Shown here one piece after another: positions 18,782 to 27,840 of a DNA stretch of 64,000 nucleotides. Position 1 is the first letter of the stretch. Every line of letters starts with the position of its first letter. The stretch is taken from contig DATINP010000044.1 in assembly GCA_035474135.1 (NCBI GenBank), positions 4,295 to 68,294 of the forward strand, read 5' to 3'. Source of the stretch: Chloroflexia bacterium (lineage in GTDB: Bacteria > Chloroflexota > Chloroflexia > QHBQ01 > JADMIH01). The notes under the pieces were generated by a model. It was not told the origin of the DNA and made no database searches. It saw only the letters and a program-made list of their open reading frames with translations. The translations under genes and the position numbers were made by a program.

Positions 18782-18810
18782 TTGACAGGAGGATGGCCCG
18801 GTGCTACAAT
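18782..18810 (+). promoter_or_regulatory. consensus sigma70-type promoter (TTGACA-17-TACAAT)
   Basis: TTGACA 18782-18787, 17-nt spacer, TACAAT 18805-18810; points away from the Rep-like gene. Confidence 0.55.
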
Positions 18811-18816
18811 GCTTTT

Positions 18817-18909
18817 GAGCATACATTGTGCCGGTGATCCTCCTCCCAAGAGGGCCACACCGACGGAATCTTCAAAGCCTGACTGTTACCAGCAGTCGGG
18901 TTTTTATTT
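18817..18909 (+). ncRNA. putative small RNA of about 90 nt (promoter plus terminator defined), divergent from the Rep-like gene
   Basis: Consensus promoter at 18782-18810 and an 8-bp-stem hairpin followed by TTTTTATTT at 18878-18909; no ORF in between. Confidence 0.4.
18878..18909 (+). terminator. rho-independent terminator
   Basis: CCTGACTG/CAGTCGGG stem (one G-U pair), 7-nt loop, then TTTTTATTT. Confidence 0.6.
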
Positions 18910-19131
18910 GTCCGTCGTAAGTTCACCTGTGATGTGGAAGCCATTGAACCGGGCTGCCTTGTGTGCCTCGTGGGCTGAGCTGTCGCGTTCCCAGGCGCTC
19001 TTGCTCGTTCCCCGCACACCTCCCGATCTCTGTACTTCCATCATTGTCTGATTGCTAGGTCATCGTGTTATTCCTCCCGCGTAACCCGAAAAAACGGCTC
19101 GAAAAAAGGATACAAAAATGCTCCATGCCTA

Positions 19132-19160
19132 TTGACAGGGAGTTGGTAGTCTGGTATATT
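19132..19160 (+). promoter_or_regulatory. consensus sigma70-type promoter (TTGACA-17-TATATT) with upstream A-tracts
   Basis: TTGACA 19132-19137, 17-nt spacer, TATATT 19155-19160; preceded by GAAAAAACGGCTCGAAAAAAGG A-tracts. Confidence 0.45.
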
Positions 19161-19428
19161 GAGGTTACGCAATCGAATATACAGCTACAACACCCCTGCA
19201 AGGGTCCTTGTGGCGGAACCTGAAGCCTCTTAGACTGCAATCTTCGAGGTTTCGATATTTAAGCCGCCCCTTTGTATTTATGTCGGAGCAAGTTCGCTCC
19301 CGGTTGTTGGTTTATTAGTGCGGTCTGTTTTCTCCCTGTTGCATGTGGCTCATGGTTGCTCTTTGGCCTGTATCATGGCGTGGGTCGCTGCGTCTCCACG
19401 GTCTGCAAACCAGGAGACACATCATACC

Positions 19429-19674
19429 CTAGCCCTCTGTACCCGTGCGCTGTTGCGCCGGCACCTGGATGGTGTCGCGGCCTCTTTGCAACTGCTCAAG
19501 CTGTTCGAGGCGCTCGACGATATCGTCGTAGCTGTCGGCGTCCAACACCACGAACCTCTGCCTCCCCTTGACCACCAGCACAGGCCGCCCATTGGACGCC
19601 TGTTCCAGCTGTGGGCCGGGATTCATCCTGAAGCTCTTGTAGTCCACCACATCTCTCAACTGTATCTTCGCCAT
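19429..19674 (-). CDS. Phd/YefM-family type II antitoxin (orphan)
   Basis: MAKIQLRDVVDYKSF...VVLDADSYDDIVERLEQLEQLQ matches the Phd/YefM fold; GGAGG RBS; no toxin ORF detected downstream. Confidence 0.6.
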   Translation of the reverse strand: MAKIQLRDVVDYKSFRMNPGPQLEQASNGRPVLVVKGRQRFVVLDADSYDDIVERLEQLEQLQRGRDTIQVPAQQRTGTEG

Positions 19675-20045
19675 GAGCGACCTCCGTTCGTCTGAGCTTT
19701 CCAGTATCTGGCTTGAGATGCTATGCTGTATCTGCAATATTACTACTTAACGTATGCGCGAAGCACATATCTACGTAGAAATCTCCAACTTTCTTACGCA
19801 CAGAATCTCCAACCTACCGGATGATAGCGGATGTTGCGCCGGATAGCAATAGGTTTTTACACATCCTTTGGTTTCTCGGCCCGTCTCTTGCTTACATTCT
19901 AGTATGCCAGGGATCCTTGTCGCGAGAAAAAAATGGACATAGGACTCGGGGACGGAACACGGATCACGAAGATAACCAGGAAGCCTATGAGAGCGAGTAA
20001 GAGAACTCCAAGATATTCAAGGATCAAGCGTTTGAACTACGACTT

Positions 20046-21494
20046 ATGACTTACGATCCACGACTCCCCATGACTATCGTGGGCGCGGGGCCGAACGGGC
20101 TGGCTGCCGCCATCACGCTGGCTCGCGCCGGGCGGCAGGTGCTGGTGGTCGAGGCCAACCATGACATTGGTGGTGGCGTACGCTCGTCTGAACTGACCTT
20201 GCCCGGATTCGTGCACGACGTATGCTCGGCCATCCATCCTCTCGGCGTGGCCTCTCCCTTCTTCCGCGCCCAGCCTCTACAGAACTTCGGCTTGGAGTGG
20301 ATACAGCCTCCCGCCTGTATGGCGCACCCCCTGGACGACGGCACCGCAGTCATGCTCTACCGCTCGATAGGCAAGACGGCCAGGGGACTGGGGGGTGACG
20401 GCACGGCCTACCGCAGGCTGATATCGCCCATCGTGCGCAACTGGCGAGGGATCGAGCGATACGTGCTGGGTCCCTTCCGTCTACCGTTGCGTCTGGACCG
20501 GCTACTGGCGCTCGCGTGGTTCGGTGTGTGCGCGTTGCCGCCCACCCGCCTGGTGGCCTCTATTGCCTTCAGGGGCGAGAAGGCACGTGCGCTATGGGCG
20601 GGCTGTGCCGCGCACTCGATGCTGCCTCCCGACCGCCTCGCCAGTTCAGCCGCCGCTACTCTGCTCACCACTCTGGCTCATGTCGCGGGGTGGCCTATGG
20701 CGCGGGGAGGGTCGCAGCAGATCGCCAACTCGATGTCGGCCTACCTGCGTAGTATGGGGGGCGAGATTCGGACCGATACGCGCATTGACAGTATGAGCGA
20801 CTTGCCCGCGTCGGAGGCTGTGCTGTTCGATGTTAGTCCGCAGCAGTTATTAGGAATAGCGGGCGATGCCCTGCCGGATCGCTACAGGCGGCAGTTGAAG
20901 AAGTATCGGTATGGACCGGGCGTGTTCAAGATAGACTACGCGCTGAACGGCCCGGTGCCCTGGCGCGCCGAGGAGTGCAAGCAGGCGGGTACGCTCCACC
21001 TGGGGGGCACGTTCGAGGAGATCGCGCACAGCGAGAGCCAGGTGGGTAGAGGTATTCCCGCCGACCGCCCCTTCGTGCTGGCCGCGCAACAGAGCCTGTT
21101 CGACCCCACGCGCGCCCCGGCAGGCAAGCATACCTTCTGGGCCTACTGCCACGTGCCCAACGGCTCGACATTCGACATGACCGAGCGCATCGAGGCCCAG
21201 ATCGAGCGGTTCGCGCCCGGCTTCCGCGAGCGTGTGCTGGCCCGACACATTACCACGCCCGCCCAATTCGAGGCGCATGACGCGAACTACATCGGCGGCG
21301 ACATCAACGGCGGCATACAGGACATCCGCCAGCTTTTCACGCGTCCCGTGCCGTCGCTGAACCCTTACAGGACGCCCGCGCCCGGCATCTATATTTGCTC
21401 GGCGTCCACCCCTCCCGGCGGCGGCGTACATGGCATGTGCGGCCTCCACGCGGCTCGCGTGGCGCTACGCGAGCATAGATCTACGACTCGCTGA
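20046..21494 (+). CDS. NAD(P)/FAD-dependent oxidoreductase, phytoene-desaturase (CrtI)-like amine-oxidase family
   Basis: N-terminal dinucleotide-binding motif IVGAGPNGLAAAITLARAG and CrtI-like length and architecture. Confidence 0.65.
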   Translation: MTYDPRLPMTIVGAGPNGLAAAITLARAGRQVLVVEANHDIGGGVRSSELTLPGFVHDVCSAIHPLGVASPFFRAQPLQNFGLEWIQPPACMAHPLDDGTAVMLYRSIGKTARGLGGDGTAYRRLISPIVRNWRGIERYVLGPFRLPLRLDRLLALAWFGVCALPPTRLVASIAFRGEKARALWAGCAAHSMLPPDRLASSAAATLLTTLAHVAGWPMARGGSQQIANSMSAYLRSMGGEIRTDTRIDSMSDLPASEAVLFDVSPQQLLGIAGDALPDRYRRQLKKYRYGPGVFKIDYALNGPVPWRAEECKQAGTLHLGGTFEEIAHSESQVGRGIPADRPFVLAAQQSLFDPTRAPAGKHTFWAYCHVPNGSTFDMTERIEAQIERFAPGFRERVLARHITTPAQFEAHDANYIGGDINGGIQDIRQLFTRPVPSLNPYRTPAPGIYICSASTPPGGGVHGMCGLHAARVALREHRSTTR

Positions 21495-22401
21495 GGCTGA
21501 TCACACCACGCGAGGAGAGCCGCCACAGCAGTAGGTGGTAATAGAGCATCCCACGCCAGGGTCCAAGCGCCTCCAGGATCGCGGCCCCTTCCGAGTCGGG
21601 GCCGGCGGCTTCTGTGCCGAACAGCCCCCTCATGTTGCGCTGCGCACCACTATCCCCTGCGGGAAACACTTCAAGCCTGCCCAGCCCCCGCAACATCACC
21701 ACGGCTGCCGTCCAGGGTCCGATCCCACGCAGCCGGGTAAGCACGGCCATTGCGTCTGCTGTGGGCAGAGCGTCCAATTCCGCCTCGGTCAGCCGCTCCT
21801 CCAATATTGCGCGGGCGGCCTCCTGTAGCGTTCTTACCTTCGCGGCGCTCAGCCCCAGCGAACGCAGGGTATCAGGATCAGCTTCCAGTACTTGCTCTGC
21901 CGAGGGGAAAGGGTAGAGCGTGACCTCGCCGAACGCGAGCGGCGTGCCGAAGTGGGCGATCACTCTTCTAATGATGGACATGGCCGACTCCAGGCTCACC
22001 TGCTGGAAAGTGACCGCCATGCATAGGGCCTCCCACATGGAGGCGTGCCGTGGAGGCTTTACCCCACGTGCCCGCGCCACCAGCGCCCCCATCTCGGGCA
22101 CTTTCTCGGCGGCGGCGTAAAAGCCCCCAAGCTCCACTCGCGCGCCCAGCATCAGGGGGATTCGCGTAGTGAGCTTTGCATCCGTCCTCTCGTTCTGCTT
22201 ACTGTCCACCGGGCGGTAGAGCGCGACCTCCAGCGTGTCTGTGCCTGCAGGCTGGCGGGCCACGCACACTCTTATATCTTCCCCATTAACAAAGGCCCTC
22301 ATATAGAGGCCGTCCTGAGTGAGCAGGTCTACCAGGTTGCTGGGGATGCGCCGCAATACAGTGGCGGTCAGGTCGAGCCGGTAGGGCGGGGCGCATTGCA
22401 C
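21481..22401 (-). CDS. alkA: DNA-3-methyladenine glycosylase II (AlkA-like, HhH-GPD)
   Basis: AlkA N-terminal domain plus HhH-GPD segment (LRGIGPWTAAVVMLRGLG, catalytic-Asp region). Confidence 0.7.
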   Translation of the reverse strand: MQCAPPYRLDLTATVLRRIPSNLVDLLTQDGLYMRAFVNGEDIRVCVARQPAGTDTLEVALYRPVDSKQNERTDAKLTTRIPLMLGARVELGGFYAAAEKVPEMGALVARARGVKPPRHASMWEALCMAVTFQQVSLESAMSIIRRVIAHFGTPLAFGEVTLYPFPSAEQVLEADPDTLRSLGLSAAKVRTLQEAARAILEERLTEAELDALPTADAMAVLTRLRGIGPWTAAVVMLRGLGRLEVFPAGDSGAQRNMRGLFGTEAAGPDSEGAAILEALGPWRGMLYYHLLLWRLSSRGVISLSES

Positions 22402-22469
22402 GACGAAGCGCTCGATTTGTATCCAGCCGGGCGGCGTGGCAATTGACGCTACAGGCTTTATGATCTTGC

Positions 22470-22952
22470 CTACCCTTCCTGCGATGCGACGCTCAACTGT
22501 GCGGCCATGTCGAGCAGGGCCGCTTCGGGCACGGCGCTCTCTATCAGTGGGAAGACCACGTCCTCCTCGTAGCGGATGTGCGCCCGGAATAGCTCGGCCA
22601 GAGCCTGCATGGTATCAACTGACGGCCCGTCACCCCTGGCCTGACGGCTCAGGTCGTCCACCATGCGGCGAATCTGCACGTGCTCCATTAGCATACGTAT
22701 AATGGGTTCCGCCGAGGGGTCGCCGTAGCGCGAGAAGGCGGGCAGCATGATCTCCTCCTCCTCGCGAAAGTGGCGCACGGTGTGTTCCGCCCAGAAGGCG
22801 AGGAACTCGGTCACTATTTGCTCGGTGTTGATGGACTTTGCACCTTCCCCACCGCCCAGGGTTTCGGCGCCCTGCTTCAGGTGGCGGGCGTGCACCAACC
22901 CCTGGTGGTGGTCGGAAGAGAGGTCGCGCAGGGCGGGGTGGCGCTTGACCAT
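22470..22952 (-). CDS. hemerythrin HHE cation-binding domain protein
   Basis: HH..G, H..EE and FP.IE spacing typical of hemerythrin-like domains. Confidence 0.55.
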   Translation of the reverse strand: MVKRHPALRDLSSDHHQGLVHARHLKQGAETLGGGEGAKSINTEQIVTEFLAFWAEHTVRHFREEEEIMLPAFSRYGDPSAEPIIRMLMEHVQIRRMVDDLSRQARGDGPSVDTMQALAELFRAHIRYEEDVVFPLIESAVPEAALLDMAAQLSVASQEG

Positions 22953-23281
22953 TAGCGCCCCCCCGTTTCAGCCAGCCCCTTTTGGCTCATTACGAGGTCG
23001 CGTCCTGAGGGCGTGATGCGGTAGATGGGCAGGTTCGCCAGGTTGGGTATCTGCACGATCAGGGGCTTGTCAAACGGTTTGTTGTGGGCTACCGGGTCGA
23101 GCAGGCTTATTACAGCAGCGCGTATCTGCTCCTCGGTATGCTCCACAGCCAGGTAGCGCAGTTCGCTGAAGCTAAGCGTCATCTTGCGCAGTTGGTCCAA
23201 TGCGTCGTACAGGAGATAAAGTACCTCCCACTCTGCCGCTGTGAGGCCGCCTACAGATTGTGCCGAGTAGTATCTGTCCAT
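22952..23281 (-). CDS. hypothetical protein
   Basis: 109-aa ORF translationally coupled to the hemerythrin gene. Confidence 0.4.
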   Translation of the reverse strand: MDRYYSAQSVGGLTAAEWEVLYLLYDALDQLRKMTLSFSELRYLAVEHTEEQIRAAVISLLDPVAHNKPFDKPLIVQIPNLANLPIYRITPSGRDLVMSQKGLAETGGR

Positions 23282-23295
23282 GGTGGGGTCCTTGG

Positions 23296-23350
23296 GAGTT
23301 CTGAGTTCTGAGTTCTAGGGTAAACTTCTTTGTCGCTACAGAAATCGCGT
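23296..23350. repeat. (GAGTTCT)3 array plus degenerate TTTGTCGCTACAGAAA palindrome
   Basis: gagttctgagttctgagttct aggg taaacttctttgtcgctacagaaatcgcg. Confidence 0.75.
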
Positions 23351-23596
23351 TTATGGCTTATCTGGTGGCGGGGTTGTTCCGCGGCTCTTGACGAATGCGA
23401 ACGCTATCACGCCTGCGGCGATCAGCAGGCAGACGAACGATATACCCACGTAGAGCCAAGTTTGATCGAACTCAAGCGAGAGGGTGCTGTTGATGGTGGC
23501 TTGCAGGAGCACCAGTTGTATGCCGTTGAGCACCATTAGCCCTATGATCAGCCAGCGCATGACGCCATGTGGTACCCTGGGTACACGTCCCAACAT
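23351..23596 (-). CDS. hypothetical small membrane protein
   Basis: 81 aa with two TM helices; 1-nt overlap with the Rieske gene. Confidence 0.4.
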   Translation of the reverse strand: MLGRVPRVPHGVMRWLIIGLMVLNGIQLVLLQATINSTLSLEFDQTWLYVGISFVCLLIAAGVIAFAFVKSRGTTPPPDKP

Positions 23597-24168
23597 CAGG
23601 CTTCCCTCCCCACGGCGAAGATCTCGGTGCCGCGTATCTCAAGCTTGATCTTGTTGAGGGGGCGCGGTGGCGGACCTGCCAGCCGTTCGCCGGTGGCCGG
23701 CTCGAACACGCCGTCGTGGCAGGGACAGTAGATGCGCCCCTTGTCGCCCTGGTAGAGCACGGGGCATAGCAGATGGGTACAGCGCTGTTCGTAGGCCACG
23801 AAGTCGCCGCCGGGCAAATGGATCAGGATGGCAGGATAGTCGCCCTCCGGATAGTGGAAATTGAGGGACTGCCCCTCGGCCACGTCGCCCACCGAGGCGA
23901 CCCGCATTTCGGGCAGGTCTACCGTGCGTTGTTGCTCGTAGGCCCCCTTGAGTGCCACGCCCAGCGTGCCCGTGAAGAAGGCGAGCGAGGTCAGCCCCAG
24001 GAACTTGAGGAACTGCCGCCTGCTGTTGTCCATTTCCTCTGACCTGTTGATCGGGAAGTCCTGCTGCCATAGGGGGTCGCCGTCCTTGGGCGGGATCTTG
24101 ATTGCTTCGCCCGCCTGGCTGGCCGTGATCGCGTCTTTCTCACTTGATCTGCTATCGCTCTGAGTCAT
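23596..24168 (-). CDS. Rieske [2Fe-2S] protein with Tat signal
   Basis: RRQFLKF twin-arginine motif; CTHLLC and CPCH Rieske boxes. Confidence 0.85.
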   Translation of the reverse strand: MTQSDSRSSEKDAITASQAGEAIKIPPKDGDPLWQQDFPINRSEEMDNSRRQFLKFLGLTSLAFFTGTLGVALKGAYEQQRTVDLPEMRVASVGDVAEGQSLNFHYPEGDYPAILIHLPGGDFVAYEQRCTHLLCPVLYQGDKGRIYCPCHDGVFEPATGERLAGPPPRPLNKIKLEIRGTEIFAVGREA

Positions 24169-24203
24169 GTATGGCCTCCGTACTTGCCGTGTCTACCTGG
24201 CTC

Positions 24204-24912
24204 CTACTTGGCTCCATTGTAGCCCTCCAGGGCGCTCCAACCTTCCCAATCGCGGTTCTCCCAGCCTTCCCACACGTCCTCTGCGCTCTCGCCCTTGATT
24301 TCCTCTTGGCCGCCAGCCAGCCCAGCATCGGACGAGTAGCCCGCTTCTTCGCGGTAGTTGAACAGGTGCAGGACCTCGAACTTGGGGGTCTGGGGAGGGG
24401 CGAACACGTGCACGTTGGTCTCAAGCACCTGGTCACCGAACTGCCACTGGTTGATCGCCTGGCCGGGGTGGCGTTGGATCACCTCGTCGTACTCGCCGTA
24501 GTCGAGTGCGCCCGTGGGGCAGGCGGTCACGCACCACGGCTTCTTACCCTGGCTGGTGCGGTCGTAGCACTGGTCGCACTTGATCATAAGTGCCTGCTTG
24601 GCCTGGTATTTGGGGATGCCGAAGGGGCAGGCGTAGAGGCAATTGCGGCAGTAGATGCACCTGTCGGCGAGTGCCATCAGCACAATTCCCTCGACGGTCA
24701 GCTTGATGGCGTCGGCGGGGCAAACATTGGCGCAAGGCGGATTGACACAGTGCATGCACACGGTGGGGCTGGTTTGGGGCGACCAGAATGTATCAAGCGT
24801 ATCTATGTAGATCATTGACACTCCCCGGTGGGTGTCGCACTCCTGACAGGCCGCCACGCAGGCGCGACAGCCGATGCATCTCTGTGGGTCCATGAAGTAT
24901 TTTCGTGCCACT
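24204..24912 (-). CDS. 4Fe-4S dicluster ferredoxin-type subunit (CISM beta-subunit-like)
   Basis: Four Cys clusters (CIGCRACVAAC, CMHCVNPPC, CIYCRNCLYACP, CDQC...CVTACP); GTG start at 24912 preceded by GGAGG. Confidence 0.75.
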
Positions 24913-24983
24913 ATTTGCCTCCTTTTAGCAGTGCCTACATCCGGCCAAGGCACTCCCGCGCGCCCCATCCGCATATGCCGGTT

Positions 24984-25391
24984 CTATCGGTGCTCCGCGC
25001 TGTTAATCAGGCACACGGTCAGCAGCATCGCGCTCTTCTTTGCAGCTTCTACGCTGTGCCTCACGTTGGGTGCCAGCATTACCATCATGTCGGCGTCAAG
25101 CTTGTACTCCTGCGCATCGGTGCGCACAACCAATTCGCCTTCTATGGCATGGATGGTCACGACACCGTCGGCTTTGTGGTCCTTGAGGGCGCCGCCCTCG
25201 TCGAATGCGAACAGCACCACGGTAACAGGCCCGTACTGGTCGAGCGTGATCTGCTTGTGGCCTGCCCGCTCAGGCGAGTCCTCGTGCCGCAGCTTGCGCA
25301 GCGCGTCCTTCATATCGAACATGTTCTCGGCTGCTCCGAACCGCATTTTGGGGCTTTCGCGAAGTCGTTCTTCTTCCGGCCTGTTGTTCAT
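24984..25391 (-). CDS. cupin-domain protein
   Basis: Cupin beta-barrel signature (HKADGVVTIHAIEGE...); GGAGG RBS. Confidence 0.55.
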   Translation of the reverse strand: MNNRPEEERLRESPKMRFGAAENMFDMKDALRKLRHEDSPERAGHKQITLDQYGPVTVVLFAFDEGGALKDHKADGVVTIHAIEGELVVRTDAQEYKLDADMMVMLAPNVRHSVEAAKKSAMLLTVCLINSAEHR

Positions 25392-25401
25392 GTGTACCTC
25401 C

Positions 25402-25495
25402 GGAGTTCTGAGTTTTGAGTTCTGAGGGATTAGGGGTTAGTGATTCGTTATGCGTGGTCGGTCGTCGGTCGTCGGTCGTCCTCCTAACCCCTACG
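25402..25495. repeat. composite heptamer element: (GAGTTCT)3 + (GGGGTTA)2 + (GGTCGTC)3-4 + CCTAACCCCTAC
   Basis: Read directly between the cupin and Mo-subunit genes. Confidence 0.8.
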
Positions 25496-27733
25496 TCACG
25501 TGAGTTGTTCCCCTGAAGTGGCCCTGGGGAGGGGCATCTCGCGCATCACGTCCAGGGTGAGGGGAGTGCCTTCGGGGGCTAGCTCTACCTGTACTGCGCA
25601 CACCTTGTATTCCGGTATACGGCTCAGTGGGTCGAATGCGCGGATCGTTAGCTGGTTGGCTGACTGCTTGCCGCCCCAGTGATAGGGGATGAAGACGGTG
25701 TCGGGGCGAATGGCGCGGGTGATCTTGCCCGGCACCACTATCTCGCCACGGCGGCTGCGCACGCGCACGGGGTCGCCGGCCTTGATGCCGAGCTTCTTCG
25801 CCGTCAGAGGGTGAAGCTCCACGTACGGCTCAGGCGCGTTCTCTACCAGCGTACCGATGCGCCGCGTCTGGTTGCCGCTCAGGTAGTGGAAGATCAGGCG
25901 TCCGGTCGTGTAGAAGAAGGGGTACTCCTCGTCGGGCACCTCGGCGGGGGGCTTGTAGGGCAGGGCGTGGAAGACAGCTTTGCCGTCGGGGTGGTAGAAG
26001 CGGTCCTCGAACAGGCGCGGGGTGCCTTTGCTCTCCAGTGTAGGGCAAGGCCAGAATACGCCGTCCTGCTCGTCTATCTTCTCGTAGGTAATGCCGTAGT
26101 AATCAGCCTTGCCCCCCTTTGAGGCCAACCGAAGCTCGTCCCAGATATCGCGGGCCGACTTGTAGGGGAACTGCTCGGCGTGGCCCAGGCGAGCCGCCAA
26201 GTCGCAGATGATCTCCCAGTCTACTCGCGCCTCGCCGGGAGGATCGGAGGCCTTATTGATCTTGATCACGCGCCCCTCGACGTTGGTGGTTGTGCCTTCA
26301 TCCTCGGCCCACACGCTGCCCGGCAGTACGATGTCGGCCAACTGCGCGCTCTCCGACATAAAGAAGTCGATCACAGCATACATATCGAGCGACAACAGTG
26401 CCTTCTTGATCGTGCCGATGTCGGGCAGAGACACCATGGGGTTACTGCAGATCTGCAACATGGCGCGGATCTCGCCCTTAAGGATAATGCCTATCTGGTC
26501 GGTGATGGCGTAGCCTGCCGGGGGGAAGTCTTCGGGCTTGAGACCCCAGATGCCGCCCACGTACTCACGCGCTTCGGGGTCGTCGTACTTGCGCTGGCCG
26601 GGCAGTTGGTCGGCCTTCTGGCCGTGTTCGCGTCCTCCCTGCCCGTTGCCCTGTCCCGTGAGCGTGCCGTAGCCGCAACCCGGCCTGCCGATGCGCCCAC
26701 TCGCGAGCACCATGTTGATATAGGAGAGGACGTTGTTCACTCCGTTGGTCGAGTGCTCAATGCCACGGGCGTGCATAAGGAAGCTGGTTTTGGCAGTGCC
26801 CCAAAGCTCAGCGGCCTCCTCGATACGCGCCGCCGGGATGCCGCACAGCACGGCCACCTTCGCGGGGGTGTACGCGCTCACCAGCGCGGCTAGTTCGTCG
26901 AAGCCGTTGGTGCGCGTGTTGATAAAGTCGTGGTCCAGCCAGTCGTGCTTCACCATCTCGTGTACGATGGCGTTGCCGAGGGCCGTGTCGGTGCCGGGCC
27001 TGATCTGGAGGTGTATGTCGGCTGTGCGGGCCGCGGGGGTCACTCGCGGGTCTACCATGATCAGTTTGCCGCCGCGGTCACGCGCTTCCCAGATGTAGGG
27101 CATGGTGAGTGGGTGGCACTCTGCCGTGTTGGTGCCCGCGGCGAAGATCACCTCGGCCAGCGCAATGTCGCTCCAGGGGTTGGCGGCGCGGTCCACACCG
27201 AAAGCCTTGTTGTTACCATAGGCTGCGCTCACCATGCACAGCCGCCCATTATAGTCCACGTTGCCCGTTCCCACCGCCACGCGAGCAAACTTGCCCATCA
27301 GGTAGGTCTTCTCGGTGGTAAGCGAGCTTCCTGAGTAGATGCTCACCGCGTTCTGGCCATACTTGGCGCGGGTCTCGCGGAAACTGCGTGCTATGGCGTC
27401 CAGAGCCTCGTCCCAGGTACAGCGTTCGAGTGGACTGTTCTTACCGCCCTTGCGCATCATGGGGTAGGTGAGGCGCTGAGGGTGGTTGACCTGCTGGTAA
27501 GCGGTGACCCCTTTGGGACACATCCGTCCCTTGTTTACCGGGAAGTCGCGCGCCTCAACCCCGAACACCTTTCCTTCGGCATCCACCTTCAGGTACATGC
27601 CACATTGCATCCCGCAGTAGGAACAATGGGTGGGCACCAACCTGATGCTTTCCGTGGTGCTCCACTCGGCAGTAGGCGCGTCGTACACCGACGTCAATTC
27701 GCCTTCGTCGGTTCTCTTCATAACGTCAGTCAT
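25496..27733 (-). CDS. molybdopterin (Mo-bisPGD) oxidoreductase catalytic subunit, cytoplasmic NasA/NarB/Fdh-like
   Basis: N-terminal C-x2-C-x3-C-x27-C FeS motif (CSYCGMQCG...CPKG), MGD-binding domains, no Tat signal. Confidence 0.7.
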   Translation of the reverse strand: MTDVMKRTDEGELTSVYDAPTAEWSTTESIRLVPTHCSYCGMQCGMYLKVDAEGKVFGVEARDFPVNKGRMCPKGVTAYQQVNHPQRLTYPMMRKGGKNSPLERCTWDEALDAIARSFRETRAKYGQNAVSIYSGSSLTTEKTYLMGKFARVAVGTGNVDYNGRLCMVSAAYGNNKAFGVDRAANPWSDIALAEVIFAAGTNTAECHPLTMPYIWEARDRGGKLIMVDPRVTPAARTADIHLQIRPGTDTALGNAIVHEMVKHDWLDHDFINTRTNGFDELAALVSAYTPAKVAVLCGIPAARIEEAAELWGTAKTSFLMHARGIEHSTNGVNNVLSYINMVLASGRIGRPGCGYGTLTGQGNGQGGREHGQKADQLPGQRKYDDPEAREYVGGIWGLKPEDFPPAGYAITDQIGIILKGEIRAMLQICSNPMVSLPDIGTIKKALLSLDMYAVIDFFMSESAQLADIVLPGSVWAEDEGTTTNVEGRVIKINKASDPPGEARVDWEIICDLAARLGHAEQFPYKSARDIWDELRLASKGGKADYYGITYEKIDEQDGVFWPCPTLESKGTPRLFEDRFYHPDGKAVFHALPYKPPAEVPDEEYPFFYTTGRLIFHYLSGNQTRRIGTLVENAPEPYVELHPLTAKKLGIKAGDPVRVRSRRGEIVVPGKITRAIRPDTVFIPYHWGGKQSANQLTIRAFDPLSRIPEYKVCAVQVELAPEGTPLTLDVMREMPLPRATSGEQLT

Positions 27734-27744
27734 GTCAATACCTC

Positions 27745-27840
27745 AATTCTGAGTGCTGAGTGACCAGTGCGTCATACGTTGTCAGTCGTCGGTCGTCCCG
27801 ACTTACGATCTAAGATCTATGATCTAAGATCTTAGACTCC
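27745..27840. repeat. composite element: GAGTGCT/GAGTGAC, GTCGTCG units and (GATCTAA)-type palindromic array
   Basis: ctgagtgctgagtgaccagtgcgtcatacgttgtcagtcgtcggtcgtcccgacttacgatctaagatctatgatctaagatcttagac. Confidence 0.75.

Noticed and set aside
19272-19571. 99-aa ORF downstream of the second consensus promoter
   Set aside because: Cys/Arg-rich low-complexity translation and antisense overlap with the phd gene; more likely a non-coding transcript than a protein.
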